A stretch of DNA of 63,318 nt, filler included, from Parasitella parasitica NRRL 2501 (taxonomy: Eukaryota > Fungi > Mucoromycota): assembly GCA_025201805.1 (NCBI GenBank). It is 5 parts of 5 records of this genome, joined end to end, with 100 filler letters (N's around TTAATTAATTAA, not from the genome) between each part and the next. Parts side by side here need not be neighbours in the genome. Positions count along the whole stretch, not along the records: positions 27,609 to 57,548 come from MU619441.1; positions 57,649 to 59,229 come from MU619316.1; positions 59,330 to 61,629 come from MU619320.1; positions 61,730 to 63,318 come from MU619513.1; 1 more part is not named here. One strand, given 5' to 3'. Within the stretch, counting starts at the first letter, position 1, and each line of letters opens with the position of its first letter. The position numbers and the translations under genes were made by a program. This document shows positions 51,015-63,101 of this stretch, piece by piece. A model generated the notes under the pieces. It was not told the origin of the DNA. It saw nothing but the letters and a program-made list of their open reading frames with translations, and ran no database searches.

Positions 51015-54000
51015 ATGGTACAAGTTCACAGAGGCGACATAAAACATAGAGTTTATGCCTTTTACCCCAGAAAAAGAATGCCTATCCTATGTTGCTATAA
51101 TCGCTCAGCTGGATGGAGGATTTTATCTGAAAATTACGAAGAGTAATATATTTTCTGCCTATTGCCATAGCTACTTGATTGTAACCACTTGTAGACATGT
51201 CAAAGGTGTGCGTTCAGAGCATTTCGATATAAATCAGGGCGGCGGCAGTGATGATTATTTGACATGTACAGCCATATCTGAAGTATGTATACATCCATTA
51301 TGTCTTATCGTACATGTGCCGACCGTTATTCATGCCTAAATGTTAGAATGGAATTATTGCAATTGGGTCTGGTACAAGAGACGGAAGTCTTTACTTAATA
51401 AGGGACTTCTCTGCTGTCAAGGATGTTGATGCTGGCCCGAGGTTCATGGTATGTAGTCTAGGTGTTGGGTTTCAAACACAAATATACATATTAAATTAAC
51501 TTCATTAGCCGTTGCATAAAGAATCTCTAGGCGTGCCAATACATTCAATTGACTGGTCGGGAAATCACTTGCTTGTTGGAACTAATCAAGGGACTACAAA
51601 ACTATTTAATGTAGTGTTCAAAGATGATTGTTTACAGGACTTTTCCTTGATAGGCCAATACGTTAATCCACCATCAAAGGTATAACTTTAGAACAGCTAA
51701 TACGACTTACATTAATGGAATTTTTTTTTTAGATTGCATTGTACTCTTCATCTTATATTGCGAATACGCATGTCAAAGCAGCAGAATTTTCGCCCAACTA
51801 CTCTTCAGAAGGCATAAAGGCTTCTACAGACACCGAAAGTAGGTTTTTGACGACTACAGTGAGCCAATTATCTGTTTGGGACGCACTAGAGCAAAAGGTA
51901 CCGATTTCGCGCATCTATGCCAATGATGCTCCCTTGAACTTTGCGAGTTGGTCACCCAACGACCCACAATCATTGATTGTATGTGGAGGTTACGATCGCA
52001 AACTGGTCATAGTTGACACGAGGGTATCAACCAACAGCCATAATGGTATTGTGTGGAGCGTAAACAATGCACATGATAGACCTATTCGAGATTCAAAATT
52101 CAATCCATTTATACCATATTGGATAGCATCAGCGGGTAGAGGACAATGCACATTGACATCTGGTTCTTTACCTTAAGCTAACTGCTCTTGTTTAGGAGAA
52201 GACTCGATAGTCAACATTTGGGATATCCGAGATTCACATCGAGCACCTGTCGCCAAAATTGACGGGAATGCCGGGATAGTTACATCTGTACGTTACAGAT
52301 AAATTTCTCGATTGAGAATGCTCTTGCTGACAGCTATATAGGTCACTTGGTCCAATATCCGTCCCGAGAACTTGGGGACAACAGCTTCAGATGGCACTAT
52401 GCGTTACTATACTCTTTCTCCTGAAGCTTTGCCTATCTGGGACACACATTACCGTATCACTAAATACGATCAGCAAGATACACTACCTATTGTCAGGGAA
52501 CGCAAACAAGGCAACATCTGGTTTGTAAAAGATCAAAATTACAAATATCCCAATGGTCGGTCATGGAAAACAGACGTGTGGGATGAAGGCGAATATATTG
52601 AAGAAGAGAGATCAACCATCTTGCTTGCCGGTGCATTAGGTTTGGGTGAATGGGGTCGCCAGGAGCCAGGTACCATGTATAAAGGTGAAGAGGCTGTGAA
52701 TGCTAGAGGCGCCGTTGTTAAAGGTATAGAGGAAACAATAGGCTCTTTTGCCTGGTTATTCATGGCTGCATAGTAATACCCTCAAAATCACGACCAAGCA
52801 TGTACTATTCTATCACCAGCGGAGGACAGTTGACAGCAAATATTGTTCGTTTTGATGCAGCCAGTAATCTTCGAAATAGGCACAGGTATTGATGAAAAAG
52901 ATGCGTTTGAATGTTATTTTTTTAAAATTTCAAGTTGGTATCTGCAGATTTGATCCTGCCGATAAAGATGCGTTGGCGGCAAAAATTGAAGACGATATCT
53001 ACTGTAGACGGATTACTGATGCACAGCAAGGTTTGAAACGACTGAAAAACACACCCATAAAAGATTTGCACACAATAAGGTATATATTCATTTTCTTTGA
53101 ATACATTGTCTTGCTGCTGACTAAAATCGTGTATTCTCAAGAGAACGAGCTGAAGAAGTAGAATTTCTGGAAGATTGCCTAAAGCTAAGAGACCCTATCA
53201 AATGCACAGAATGGAGATTCGACTCGATTCCAGACAAATCAATCAAAAGAATATCTCGTAGATTTTGGGATGCTGAATATATGTGGGAGGATGCTATACA
53301 AGCATTTAAAAAAGATTTGAAATATTGGAGCTACCGTATTCCTCCAGGCTACAATACCAAATACAAATTTCCTGTAAGTTCTCATCGTAATCTATAAAAG
53401 AATTGCGCGTCTCAAATACATTTATGCAACAAAATAGCTCGAATTTACAGCGCCTATCATCGCCCCACATTTAGTTGAAGAAGAAACAGTATCGGCCCCT
53501 TTACCTCCCAAGAAAGATGATCCTGCTCCGCAGTATCTAAGAGTGCCTGATGAAATTGCCATGTCGCCTTATATTTATGATTCGGATATCGAAGATACCA
53601 ATGAAAGAGAGTCAATAGTGGAGGGCGAATCGTCATTAGACATGCATGAAAACGTGAATGAAACTTCAGCAAAGCAGCAGCACACACAAGGACCTGAATA
53701 TGACAGAACAAATCAGCCCATCAAAAACAGAAGCAATAGAAGCCACATTCCACGCATTATTACCATGCATGTTGATCAGGATCCAAATAGTAGCGAGCTT
53801 TCCAAAAACCCGTTTACTCCACCGCAAAGTGCCGCCGCTGGAGTGGACTCACTAACACCTTCGTCAGCACTTTATTCTATCAATACAAATCCATTTGAGA
53901 GTAATGCAGAGCCTGAACAATCTCCAGTAAAGACTCCCAAGTCGACAAATCCTTTTGACTCAAAGAATCAACAACCACAGCAACAAAGTTCCACAAACCC

Positions 54001-54385
54001 ATTCGAATATGATGAACCGCAATTAGAAGACGATAAAGGTATAAGAAGCGTCCATAGCCAGAAATCAACCAAGCAAAAACATAAGCATCATAGCTGGATA
54101 TCAACTACTACGCACCATCTTGGCGCTACTTTATCTCACCATAGTAGTACAAAGAGTACCAGTGAAGGTGAAGATGAAGATGAAGATGACTGCAAAACAC
54201 CTGTTGCAAAAAAGAATCACAAATTTAATCCCTTTAAGCGTGTTTTGTCACGTAATGGAGCGAAAGATGGAAAAAAACAATGCATCAGTAGCTCTTCTTC
54301 CGAAGAAACCGCTTTGGATGATACAATCATTATGCTGCAAAGGAAGAACTCTTCACGCAGAAATGCAATCCAGGGTCCATATTAG
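51015..54385 (+). CDS. Uncharacterised WD40-repeat protein with a disordered NPF-rich C-terminus, many introns
   Basis: WD repeats LSVWD, ASWSPND...GGYDRKLVIVDTR, AHDRPIRDSKFNPFIPYWIASAGEDSIVNIWDIR and VTWS...TTASDGTMR. The start is inferred from splice-frame compatibility. Confidence 0.75.
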
Positions 54386-55084
54386 TCAATCTTAGTAAAT
54401 GATGATAGATAGTATGGTGTTAAGCATAATTGAAGGTAAAAAAATTAGTTTTAATGTTATTGTCATTGATTCATCAAAGTTTTAATCGCAAGATCATCGC
54501 TGCAGCAAATCTGAAAGATTTACGAAAATAAAAAATAAAATATCTTGTTTATTATGAATGTCGCATGAAGAAAAACACCCCTGATCAAGTGTTTTTCTTT
54601 TCACACTAAACATTTAGAATGAGAATATAGAATGACAAAGATATCATCAACAAGTATGGTAGCTCGTCAATAAACGAGTTTTTCCCATCATTCTATATAT
54701 AATGACAACACATTAACTAAAATATGACGCGATAGACAGCCAACTAATGTTACGCAAATCTCTATCAATGCTGAAAGCATTCCAGCATCATTTGCTTCCT
54801 CAACCACAAATTATTGCATTGGGTCTCGTACAATGCTCCATTTATTTGGAAACTAATATATATGGCAATCCGGATCCTTTAAATACTGAGATGTTTTTCT
54901 CTAGATAAAATTCAAGTATATACGTTTATAATGAAGAGCCCCAAATTGATTATAATTGCAATTTTCACAACGTTTTTGGTTTATATGACTTTATTTATTT
55001 TGCGAATTCGAATAGCATGAATTGACTATGTCTAAAATTTCTGTGTTGATCTCTCACTTATGCGTTTTGACTATAAAATTTCAT

Positions 55085-55502
55085 TGCAACCGCTATTTAG
55101 GCATAACTTGATTTCCTTTGGGCAATGTCTCTATCAAAAGTTATCTGCAAAAACAGTTTTATTTTTCAATATTTATCATAAATATCACTTCTAGGCGCCT
55201 AACTTTTGCTAAAATGACCGTAGAACCGCGATCTAACTTGGAAAACTTAGCGTTGACTTGGCACTATCTGGCAACAACACTGGCTTCCATGTTTTTATTA
55301 CTAACCATAAAGTTATCAGATGACATCACAAATTTACATATCAGAATTGCATATAATCGATCATAGGCTTCGATATACAGCAAAATAAACACTGTCTTAT
55401 GCGCCATAAGAACAGGCATAATCATCGCTATCTGAGCATAACTTTTTTTCCCCTGAACAATATCTCTATCAAAAGTTATCTGCAAAAACAGTTTTATTTT
55501 TC
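55085..55502 (+). repeat. Tandem copies (~335-bp period) of the repeat family seen at 24055-25035, interrupted by an LTR element
   Basis: TCTCTATCAAAAGTTATCTGCAAAAACAGTTTTATTTTTC occurs at 55128 and 55463; 55128-55275 matches the reverse complement of about 24825-24970. Confidence 0.8.
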
Positions 55503-55960
55503 TGTCATGAACTGGCTGGGGGTAGAGGGCAAGGTAGTGCAGAGTGATATCAGGGAGATACTTTACGATTAATGTTTGCTTGATTGCTTGTATTTTGAAT
55601 GTTTATTGATATAAATATAACAAGATAACTGATGAGGAGAGAATGAAAGATGTGTCCAAGTGGCAGGTATTTATAAGAAAGAAAAGTGCAAGACTATTAA
55701 TACATGAAACGTATTAACATCTGATTTATCTGATAGAGTGCAGCTGATGTTGCTGATTATGCATGCAGGTGGGCGTGGGTACATGAATTGGCCTTTGTTA
55801 TGCATGGTTGTATCATGTGAGTGTTTCAGGCATTCGTTTGTATGTTTCAAGACTGTGCATGCATGATGTTGATTCAGATGATGTTTGTTTATATGTTTCA
55901 GAACTGCGCATGCATGATGTTTTTCCCATGGTTATTACTGACGTTAGTTGATTCATGACA
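55503..55960 (-). mobile_element. 3' LTR (458 bp) of a Ty3/Gypsy chromovirus
   Basis: Termini TGTCATGAA...TTCATGACA (9-bp inverted repeat); polypurine tract AAGAGGAGG just upstream on the minus strand; directly follows the integrase stop. Confidence 0.9.
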
Positions 55961-55971
55961 GGCGCCTCCTC

Positions 55972-57548
55972 TTAGGATCGAGCTCCGCGAAGATCTTTGC
56001 TGGGTTTATTTGGATTTTCTTGGTGAAATTTGTCCAGGAGTTGTTGACAATTAGTTATGTTGGCTGCTCTTTCCCATGTACGGTCCATAATGTTGTAACC
56101 CTTCCAGTGCACTAAGTATTGTAACTGGTTTCGATGTATTCTGGAGTCTATAATCGATTCAACTTCGTATTCCTCTTTTTCGTTAATGATTACGGGTGGA
56201 AGTGGTTTTGGTTGTCTTCCTTCGATTTCATCCTTCTTGTAGGGTTCTAATAAGTTTATATGGAAAACCGGGTACACTTTCATGGTAGCAGGAAGTTTAA
56301 GCTTGTAGGCCCTTGTGCCAATTTTTTCCAATACTTCAAAGGGCCCTAATTTCTTGTGATCTAATTTTCCTGTTGGCCTTTGCGTTCTGATGTTTTTTGA
56401 GGATAACCAAACTTTGTCGCCCACATTGATTAGTGGGCCTATGTCAATCCTTTTGTTGTAAAAGTGAGCATGGCGTTCTAATGCTAGTCCGATGTTGAAT
56501 TTGAGTTCCTCGTGAAGTTCCTTTAGGTACTGCATTCTCTGGTCAGCTAAAGTCGCATTTTTGGTGGTTTGCGGTAATGTAATCGATAACTTTGGATGAT
56601 AGCCGTAGAGTGCAAAGAACGGTGTTGTATCGGTTGATGAGTGTCTGGAATTGTTGTAAGCGAATTGTGCCATGTGAAGTAAGTCAGACCAGTTTGATTG
56701 TTGATAGTTAATGTAACACCTGAGATACTGTTCTAGTATAGAGTTGATACGTTCTGTTTGTCCGTCAGTCTGCGGATGGAAAGCAGTCGATAAATTTTGC
56801 TTGATATCCAGTGCTTTCAATACAGCTTGGGTGAATTTCGAAGTAAAGGTGGCTCCACGATCGGACACAATGTTGTTTGGTAACCCATAATGGGTAAATA
56901 CATGTTTGATGAACAGTTCGCAAGTTCCTTCTGCGTCTATTTGATTAGTGGTGGGAATGAAGAGTGCCATTTTTGTAAAGCGGTCTACGAATACACAAAT
57001 TGCTGTAAAACTTCCTGACGGAGGTAACTGCGTGATAAAATCTACTGATATAGATGTCCATGGTGAATCCGGTATTGGCAATGATTGCAGAAGACCGTAA
57101 GGCTTGTGATGGTTGTTTTTGTTTCGTATGCATGTTTCGCAACCTTCAACATAACTTTTGATATAATTGCGCATGCTTGGCCAGTAATAGTTTCGTGTTA
57201 CCAGGTCATGAGTTTTGGCGATTCCAAAATGCCCTGCGGCTGGTCTGTCATGACATTCGAACAGTATTTCTTTGTATAACTCGTTATCCTTAGGGATGCA
57301 TATTGCTCCTTTGCAATACAAAATTCCTTCAATTAGTTGGTAGTCAGGGTTCTCTGATAGTTTGTCTAATATTGTTGAAAAGTACGGGTCGCCAGTGATT
57401 TTTGATTTTATGTTATTTAGAAAAATGCTATTTTCTAGTTCCAGAGGTGCTTCTATGATATTGTGAATGAAAGTGTCCGGTTTGAACATCAACATTTTGG
57501 TTTTTCCGCAGGAGTCTCCCCCCTCTTTAGGTTTGTCTTGTCGTGAAA
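55972..57548 (-). CDS. Ty3/Gypsy pol C-terminus: integrase plus chromodomain (5' part lost in the gap)
   Basis: HHCC (CHDRPAAGHFG...CETC), ISVDFITQLP, VSDRG, HPQTDGQTERIN, GPY/F module KLGPFEV...VFHINLL, chromodomain EYEVESIIDSR...YLVHWKGY...TWE. Confidence 0.96.
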
Positions 57549-57648
57549 NNNNNNNNNNNNNNNNNNNNNNNNNNNNNNNNNNNNNNNNNNNNTTAATTAA
57601 TTAANNNNNNNNNNNNNNNNNNNNNNNNNNNNNNNNNNNNNNNNNNNN

Positions 57649-59229
57649 ATGGCTCGCCAACAGTATTACACGAATCTTTGTATTATATGGTCCGAGAATA
57701 CTATTGTCAACAAGCTACTTAGAAAGCTCTTGAACTTCTTGCTGTTGATCCATTTATCTCCCGATCAAGACCATGCTATCAAGGCGAAGAAGACTGAAAG
57801 AGAATTGGCCAAGCTTCGAAAAAACCATAAAGGCAAACAGAGAGTGACAAATTGCAGTATCCCACTGGCAAAAATTTCAGTGCTGAACAAGACAAGAAAT
57901 GGAAGACGAAAGCTGTTTTCTGATGAAAAGAAGCTAAAAGCCAAGTATGAAGAGAAAGGGAAGCATGAGGCAGCAGACACGTGCCAAATGAGAATCGATA
58001 CATATGAGCAAGTACTTTATAGAGAGGTAGGGGTCGTCTGGTTTTCAAAGGAAGACATAGTGTCGTAACTCGGAATGTATGTAGCAAGCGGAAAGGGCAA
58101 CAGCAGCAGCAGAAGCAAGGAAAGGGTCAAGAAAGCGATACTGATGATAGAGAGGACTGCGATAAAGGGAGCAATACCATTGAACCTAGAAAAAGAATCA
58201 GTCAGTTAGTCAACATTGCAAGATCAACATTGTTTGCCACGCAAGATATCACAGACGCATACCTCTAAGATCAGGATGAACACATCACCACACAAGAATC
58301 TGCAAATATCATCAAAATTACTAGCTTCATTCGGCCATACATACCATCAAGCGAGACTTATCATCTCCTTCCATGCCAACTCAAGTTCATCTTGATGGCA
58401 AACCAAGTACTGCGCTCTATCGGCTATGAAGGCCAAGTTGCTAAATTTATTCCAATAGTCAGACCCACTACTTTGCATGCACTTCTTATTGACACAACGA
58501 CCCTGTATGCACTTTTCTGCTCGAGCAAACTTTCAAAACAGATGTATCTTTGAGACTTTCAAGGCAATTACGTAAAGCATAAAGACGCCAACGCTAAAAA
58601 AGATGCCGTCTTTACAGTTTCTTTAACATTGACAAACTAAAAAGCGTGGCATCAAGCTATGGTATAGTGTTTGTAAATAGAATACACATCTTACCAGGAT
58701 CGAAGACTGTCAGATTGTATGGTAGCATTGGACATTTTAAGTCTAGTCGCAGGAACCTAGAAACAAAAAGCAAGCTGAGTCGTCCTACCGATAACGAACA
58801 GTTATGAGCTATGAAGGCTCAAAAGAAGGAGCTCGATAAGTCACTCAGGGATCGCACAAACGAATTGTATCAGTTTCTTCAAGACAACGACAGTGTTCGT
58901 GGTCTCAAGAAAGCTTGGAAAACCAACTTTGAAGAGCAAAAACAATGTTATGAGAAAGTCGAAGATGCCCAAGAAAGGGACAAAACTTCTGATCTTACGA
59001 AGACTTGGAAGGTTAAAGTTGAAGAAAAAGACGAGCGCTATCGGAATGTAGAAGCAGTAAAGTTAAGAAAGAGAGAATTAATGGTGGCTATTCGAGATAC
59101 AAAGGAGAGGCTTCAGTCACTGCGGCGAAAGATTCATGAATACAGAAAACCTTTAGTGGATGATTTGAAAAATCTAATACCATTTAAGCCCTTCACTGTG
59201 GGTAGCAATGGATGCTGTAGAAAGGTAGA
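57649..59229 (+). pseudogene. Decayed large transposon-type ORF, possibly the N-terminal/central part of a Fanzor1 (eukaryotic TnpB)-like protein
   Basis: One protein is readable through stops (58066, 58266, 58551, 58805) and a frameshift near 58613: RPYIP...FILMANQVLRSIGY...IPIVRPTTLHALLIDTTTLYALF...KDAVF.SFFNIDKL..VASSYGIVFVNRIHILPGSKTVRLYG, then a coiled coil. The family call is from recalled resemblance; RuvC is not visible. Confidence 0.45.
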
Positions 59230-60119
59230 NNNNNNNNNNNNNNNNNNNNNNNNNNNNNNNNNNNNNNNNNNNNTTAATTAATTAANNNNNNNNNNNNNNN
59301 NNNNNNNNNNNNNNNNNNNNNNNNNNNNNGCTTCAACAATATTAAATTTATTTGTTTTCAAGTCCGCATAAAGCTGAGGACTCAAGTCGGCGACTCAGCT
59401 TATTCCAACATGGATAATCTCTAAATATATTTGTTGTGCTCTATGACTCGTTCATGTTACTGGCATATTCATTCGAAATGGCTTCGTTTTCACAGATATC
59501 TTTGTCATCCAACTTTATGTATGCAATCGAGTTCACTCTTGCTTTCATTTGTTCTTTGAAACCTGGGGTATTAAAGCGATAGGAGATGCTGGGTGTGATT
59601 GGTTTAAGTAATGCAAAGGAGTCCTTCTTTCTTTTTACTGTAACGATATCATTATCATCTAAATTTAAATTGAATTTTAAGCCCTTTATTACTGTCTAGG
59701 CAAATACGACTTACCCTCTTGATTTTGACCTTGTTTCCTCTTTTCCTATATTTGAGTGTGTGTAAGAAATATTGAGCATTTACAATAAAAGCATAAGAGA
59801 AATAAGAATACCTTTGTTTGGGTAATGTTTACGGGCCCACTACCACTTCCAATAGTTATATTCGAGTTTGATATCGTAGAATCAACAATCGAAATGTTTT
59901 CCTTGTTTCCCTTCATTAGTTCTTCAATCATTTAGCTTTTCAACGATAAACTATAGCAACATGTTAGCATGCGCATTTCTTCTTGTTTGTTTGAGTTCTT
60001 ACTGATGTGTCAATTTCCTAACAGGAAGTCAAACTCAAGTAAACTCAATCTTGAACATAATCCAGGAACATATCCCAATTGAGCATATTCCTTATTTATA
60101 ACTCAACATGACATATTCA

Positions 60120-60930
60120 TGGACAAACTTTGCACTGATAGCACCTAAAACGGTGTGGGAAACAGATCTACTGGTAAGAGTATCTGTAACAGCTGGCTTT
60201 CTATCCACTAGGTGGCTTCATGTTGATATTAAAGCCGGATTCGTCATCAAAAACTCAATTTTCCAGATAATTCATATCTGTTGCACTCCACTTGATAACC
60301 GAATCCTTGCAAGCTTGGCAGCTGGTTAAGTTGTCGATTTAAAAGAAAGATTGCACTCGGCTTTCAGAAAATTAAGGGCAGTGCTCTTTTTCATAGTGAG
60401 ATGAGAGGATTTTTGAGTGAGCGGATCCATTCCATAGACTACCCGTGCTTTTGGCCAGTTGTCTTGAAACTCTGCAAGGTAAATCTTATGCCTATCATTC
60501 AACTTTTGTTTTTCGTTATTAACCAGATTGGTTTGCTTCTCAAAAATGTTTCAATCTTTGTCCTTTTCAAATTTTTAGCCTATTTGTATGCTGTTCGCTC
60601 GCTTAAGCCGCCTGATAAGCGCTCGGATTTAGCTGCGTTGAATAGCTGGATTCTACTATAATACACAGATAGAAGCTTTTGCTCATTCGATTATGTATGA
60701 TAACTCTTTATCGGCTTCTTGACTGTGGCTGTAATATCCTCCATATCAATGTCGAGATTTTCTAGGTTCGCTTTAGAAGATAGCTGTTCATCTTGCTTTT
60801 CGCAATACTCTCTTATACGAGTCAAAGTTTTTAAATAGAAACGGATAGCTACTTCAACCCAGTCCAATGCATCATTTCCTTGCTCATCAACCATTCTTCC
60901 TTGACCATCTTCATAAAAAAATGACCACGT
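60120..60930 (-). pseudogene. Tc1/mariner (DDE_3) transposase pseudogene
   Basis: FYEDGQGRMVDEQG..., AAKSERLSG..ERTA, EKQTNLVN, FLKAECNLSFK, WSATDMNYLEN*VFDDESGFNINM (first catalytic D motif) and SHTVLGAISA, with many stops and frameshifts. Confidence 0.8.
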
Positions 60931-60956
60931 CTTATCTCTTATATTAAAATGATAGA

Positions 60957-61075
60957 AATCGTAAAAAACAGTCCTCAGCGCTTAAAATTGAATCGTAAAA
61001 AACAGTCCTCAGCGCTTAAAAATGAATCGTAAAAAACAGTCTCCAGCGCTTAAAGTTGAATCGTAAAAAACAGTC
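60957..61075 (+). repeat. 34-bp tandem repeat, ~3.5 copies, upstream of the Tc1 transposase
   Basis: AATCGTAAAAAACAGTCCTCAGCGCTTAAAATTG at 60957, 60991 and 61025, partial at 61059. Confidence 0.92.
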
Positions 61076-61109
61076 ATATTTTTTCATTCAATGCCATCTT
61101 TCATGCACC

Positions 61110-61629
61110 AAGTGTTACAGTTAAAAGATGGCCATACTGCTCACTCAAGAGTTGGAATTTTTCTTAACTGCAATGATTCATCTGTGTGTTCTTTGAGACC
61201 AAGATCTCTTGGAACAAGCCTTATTTATCTAGGATGAAGCATCGATGAACAGCCGTGATGTTCTCGAAACAGTAGACAGGACATTTAAAGATGTCATGAA
61301 GCAATATTTAAATAGACGAAAGACAGGCAGATTTTCCCTTTGGAGGAAAATTTATTGTATTTGTTGGCAATTTTGGTCAAATTTTACCTATGGTTCCTCA
61401 TGGCAGTAAAAAAGAAATCATTCAAGCATGCATTCTGACCTCAAATCTTTGGCTGCATGTACAAGTACTCAGCTTAACAACAAGCATGAGAGATTAGCAA
61501 GCCATGTCATTACATAACGCTGCATTGGCCACCTCATTACAAAATTTTTGCTGATTTCTTGCTTGCTATTGGCAATGGCTCCTTCCCTATTCAGCCCAAC
61601 ACAGCTGACTTGATTCGTATTCCGTAATA
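61110..61629 (+). pseudogene. Helitron-type PIF1 helicase fragment, decayed
   Basis: DGHTAHSR, DEASMNSRDVLETVDRTFKDVM, PFGGK, GNFGQILPMVPHGSKKEIIQACI, LSLTTSMR and FLLAIGNG, with frameshifts. Confidence 0.85.
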
Positions 61630-61856
61630 NNNNNNNNNNNNNNNNNNNNNNNNNNNNNNNNNNNNNNNNNNNNTTAATTAATTAANNNNNNNNNNNNNNN
61701 NNNNNNNNNNNNNNNNNNNNNNNNNNNNNATTTTTTATTGTTATAATGGTTTATCACAACATAAGACATTTAAAAGACATGTACATTTTTCGTTTCAAAT
61801 GTCCACCACCATTGAATCTTAATCGTATTCATTTTACCACACCCCAAAATATAGAC

Positions 61857-63101
61857 CACTATGGCCTCGCCGATGTTCTCATAAGAATATAGATGTGCAT
61901 GAACGGGAACATTTTTAGAGCCAAAAAAAGTGCTTATCGAGCTAGGTTAAGGCGATAAATGTGCTCATGCGAGAACAAAAATTGAAACACCTTAAATGAT
62001 CACATTTTTATGCTCAAATGAGCACATAAATTACTAGTTTCATAGGCTTAAAATTACGCTCAAAATGCTTGAAAAAATGTGCTCATGAAGCGAAAATGTG
62101 CTCGTACACTCAAAAAAATGTTCTCAAAAAAGTACAATTTGCGTATAAAAATGTAGCTTTAGCTTTTGTTTATTTCTCAATTTTTGTAGTATGGACCAGT
62201 AATTTGTTACAGCTTTGATTTCATATCGTCACATACAGTATTCTCTTGATTATGTAGCCTTTGACTGACACAGGCAATGATGGAAAACAGTGCAAGATTA
62301 GCTATTACCCGATTTGAAATTGAAGCAGCCGCTGAGGTATTTGCTATATACAAGAAAAGTGCANNNNNNNNNNGATAATATAAAACTACAGTTACGTGAA
62401 GATGTTATTACTCTGTATAATGTACTTATATTTGGCACAAATGTGCTAACGTTGTATGTTTTTTAAGTTAAAATACCAGTTCATAAAGTTGTAAAGGGAT
62501 AGATAAAACAAAAGAAAAAGGCCAAGGAGAGCTAACAAAGAAGCTAAAATAGTATGCATTCGGTCATCACAATATGCAATGTTTTGGGCTAAGCATGCAG
62601 AAAGAAGCCAATGGAAAAACAACGCTACAAGAGATCATCTCAAAATTTGAAAGCAAACATGTACAAACAAAATATATACTTTATTCAAGTATATTGCTGC
62701 TGGCGCTAGCATTATTACCACCAGCATCTTCTTCAACATTTTGAACAACATTTTGGTTTTAGAAATAAGTAATTCTTCGTCACTTTTTGCTTTCAGATGA
62801 ACATTTGTATGATTGTGAGAGCATAAATAAACTTTTACTCAAAACAGATGCGATCTTTGGAATGCAATACCTCAACAAATATTTGGTAGCAAATGTTACT
62901 ACCAGCACAAAAAAAACCGAAATGTGTCAGAAATAGTATTATGTCATTAAAAATGAGCTATCTCAACTTTTTATTTATAAACGCACATTCTGTGGCAAAA
63001 TCATTTAAGTTCTCACAAGCACATAAATACTCCCATAACCCTAATAATGTTCCCATTTGAGCACATTTATGTTTACCGAGAACATCCAGGAGGCCATAGT
63101 G
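61857..63101. mobile_element. Non-autonomous CACTA (EnSpm/CMC) DNA transposon, ~1245 bp
   Basis: Termini CACTATGGCCTC...GAGGCCATAGTG, extended imperfect TIR (GATGTTCTC/GAGAACATC; GGGAACATT/AATGTTCCC) and a perfect 3-bp TSD GAC at 61854-61856 and 63102-63104. Confidence 0.9.

Noticed and set aside
60957-61075. CRISPR-like 34-bp repeats
   Set aside because: The units are directly head-to-tail with no unique spacers; the context is eukaryotic with no cas genes.
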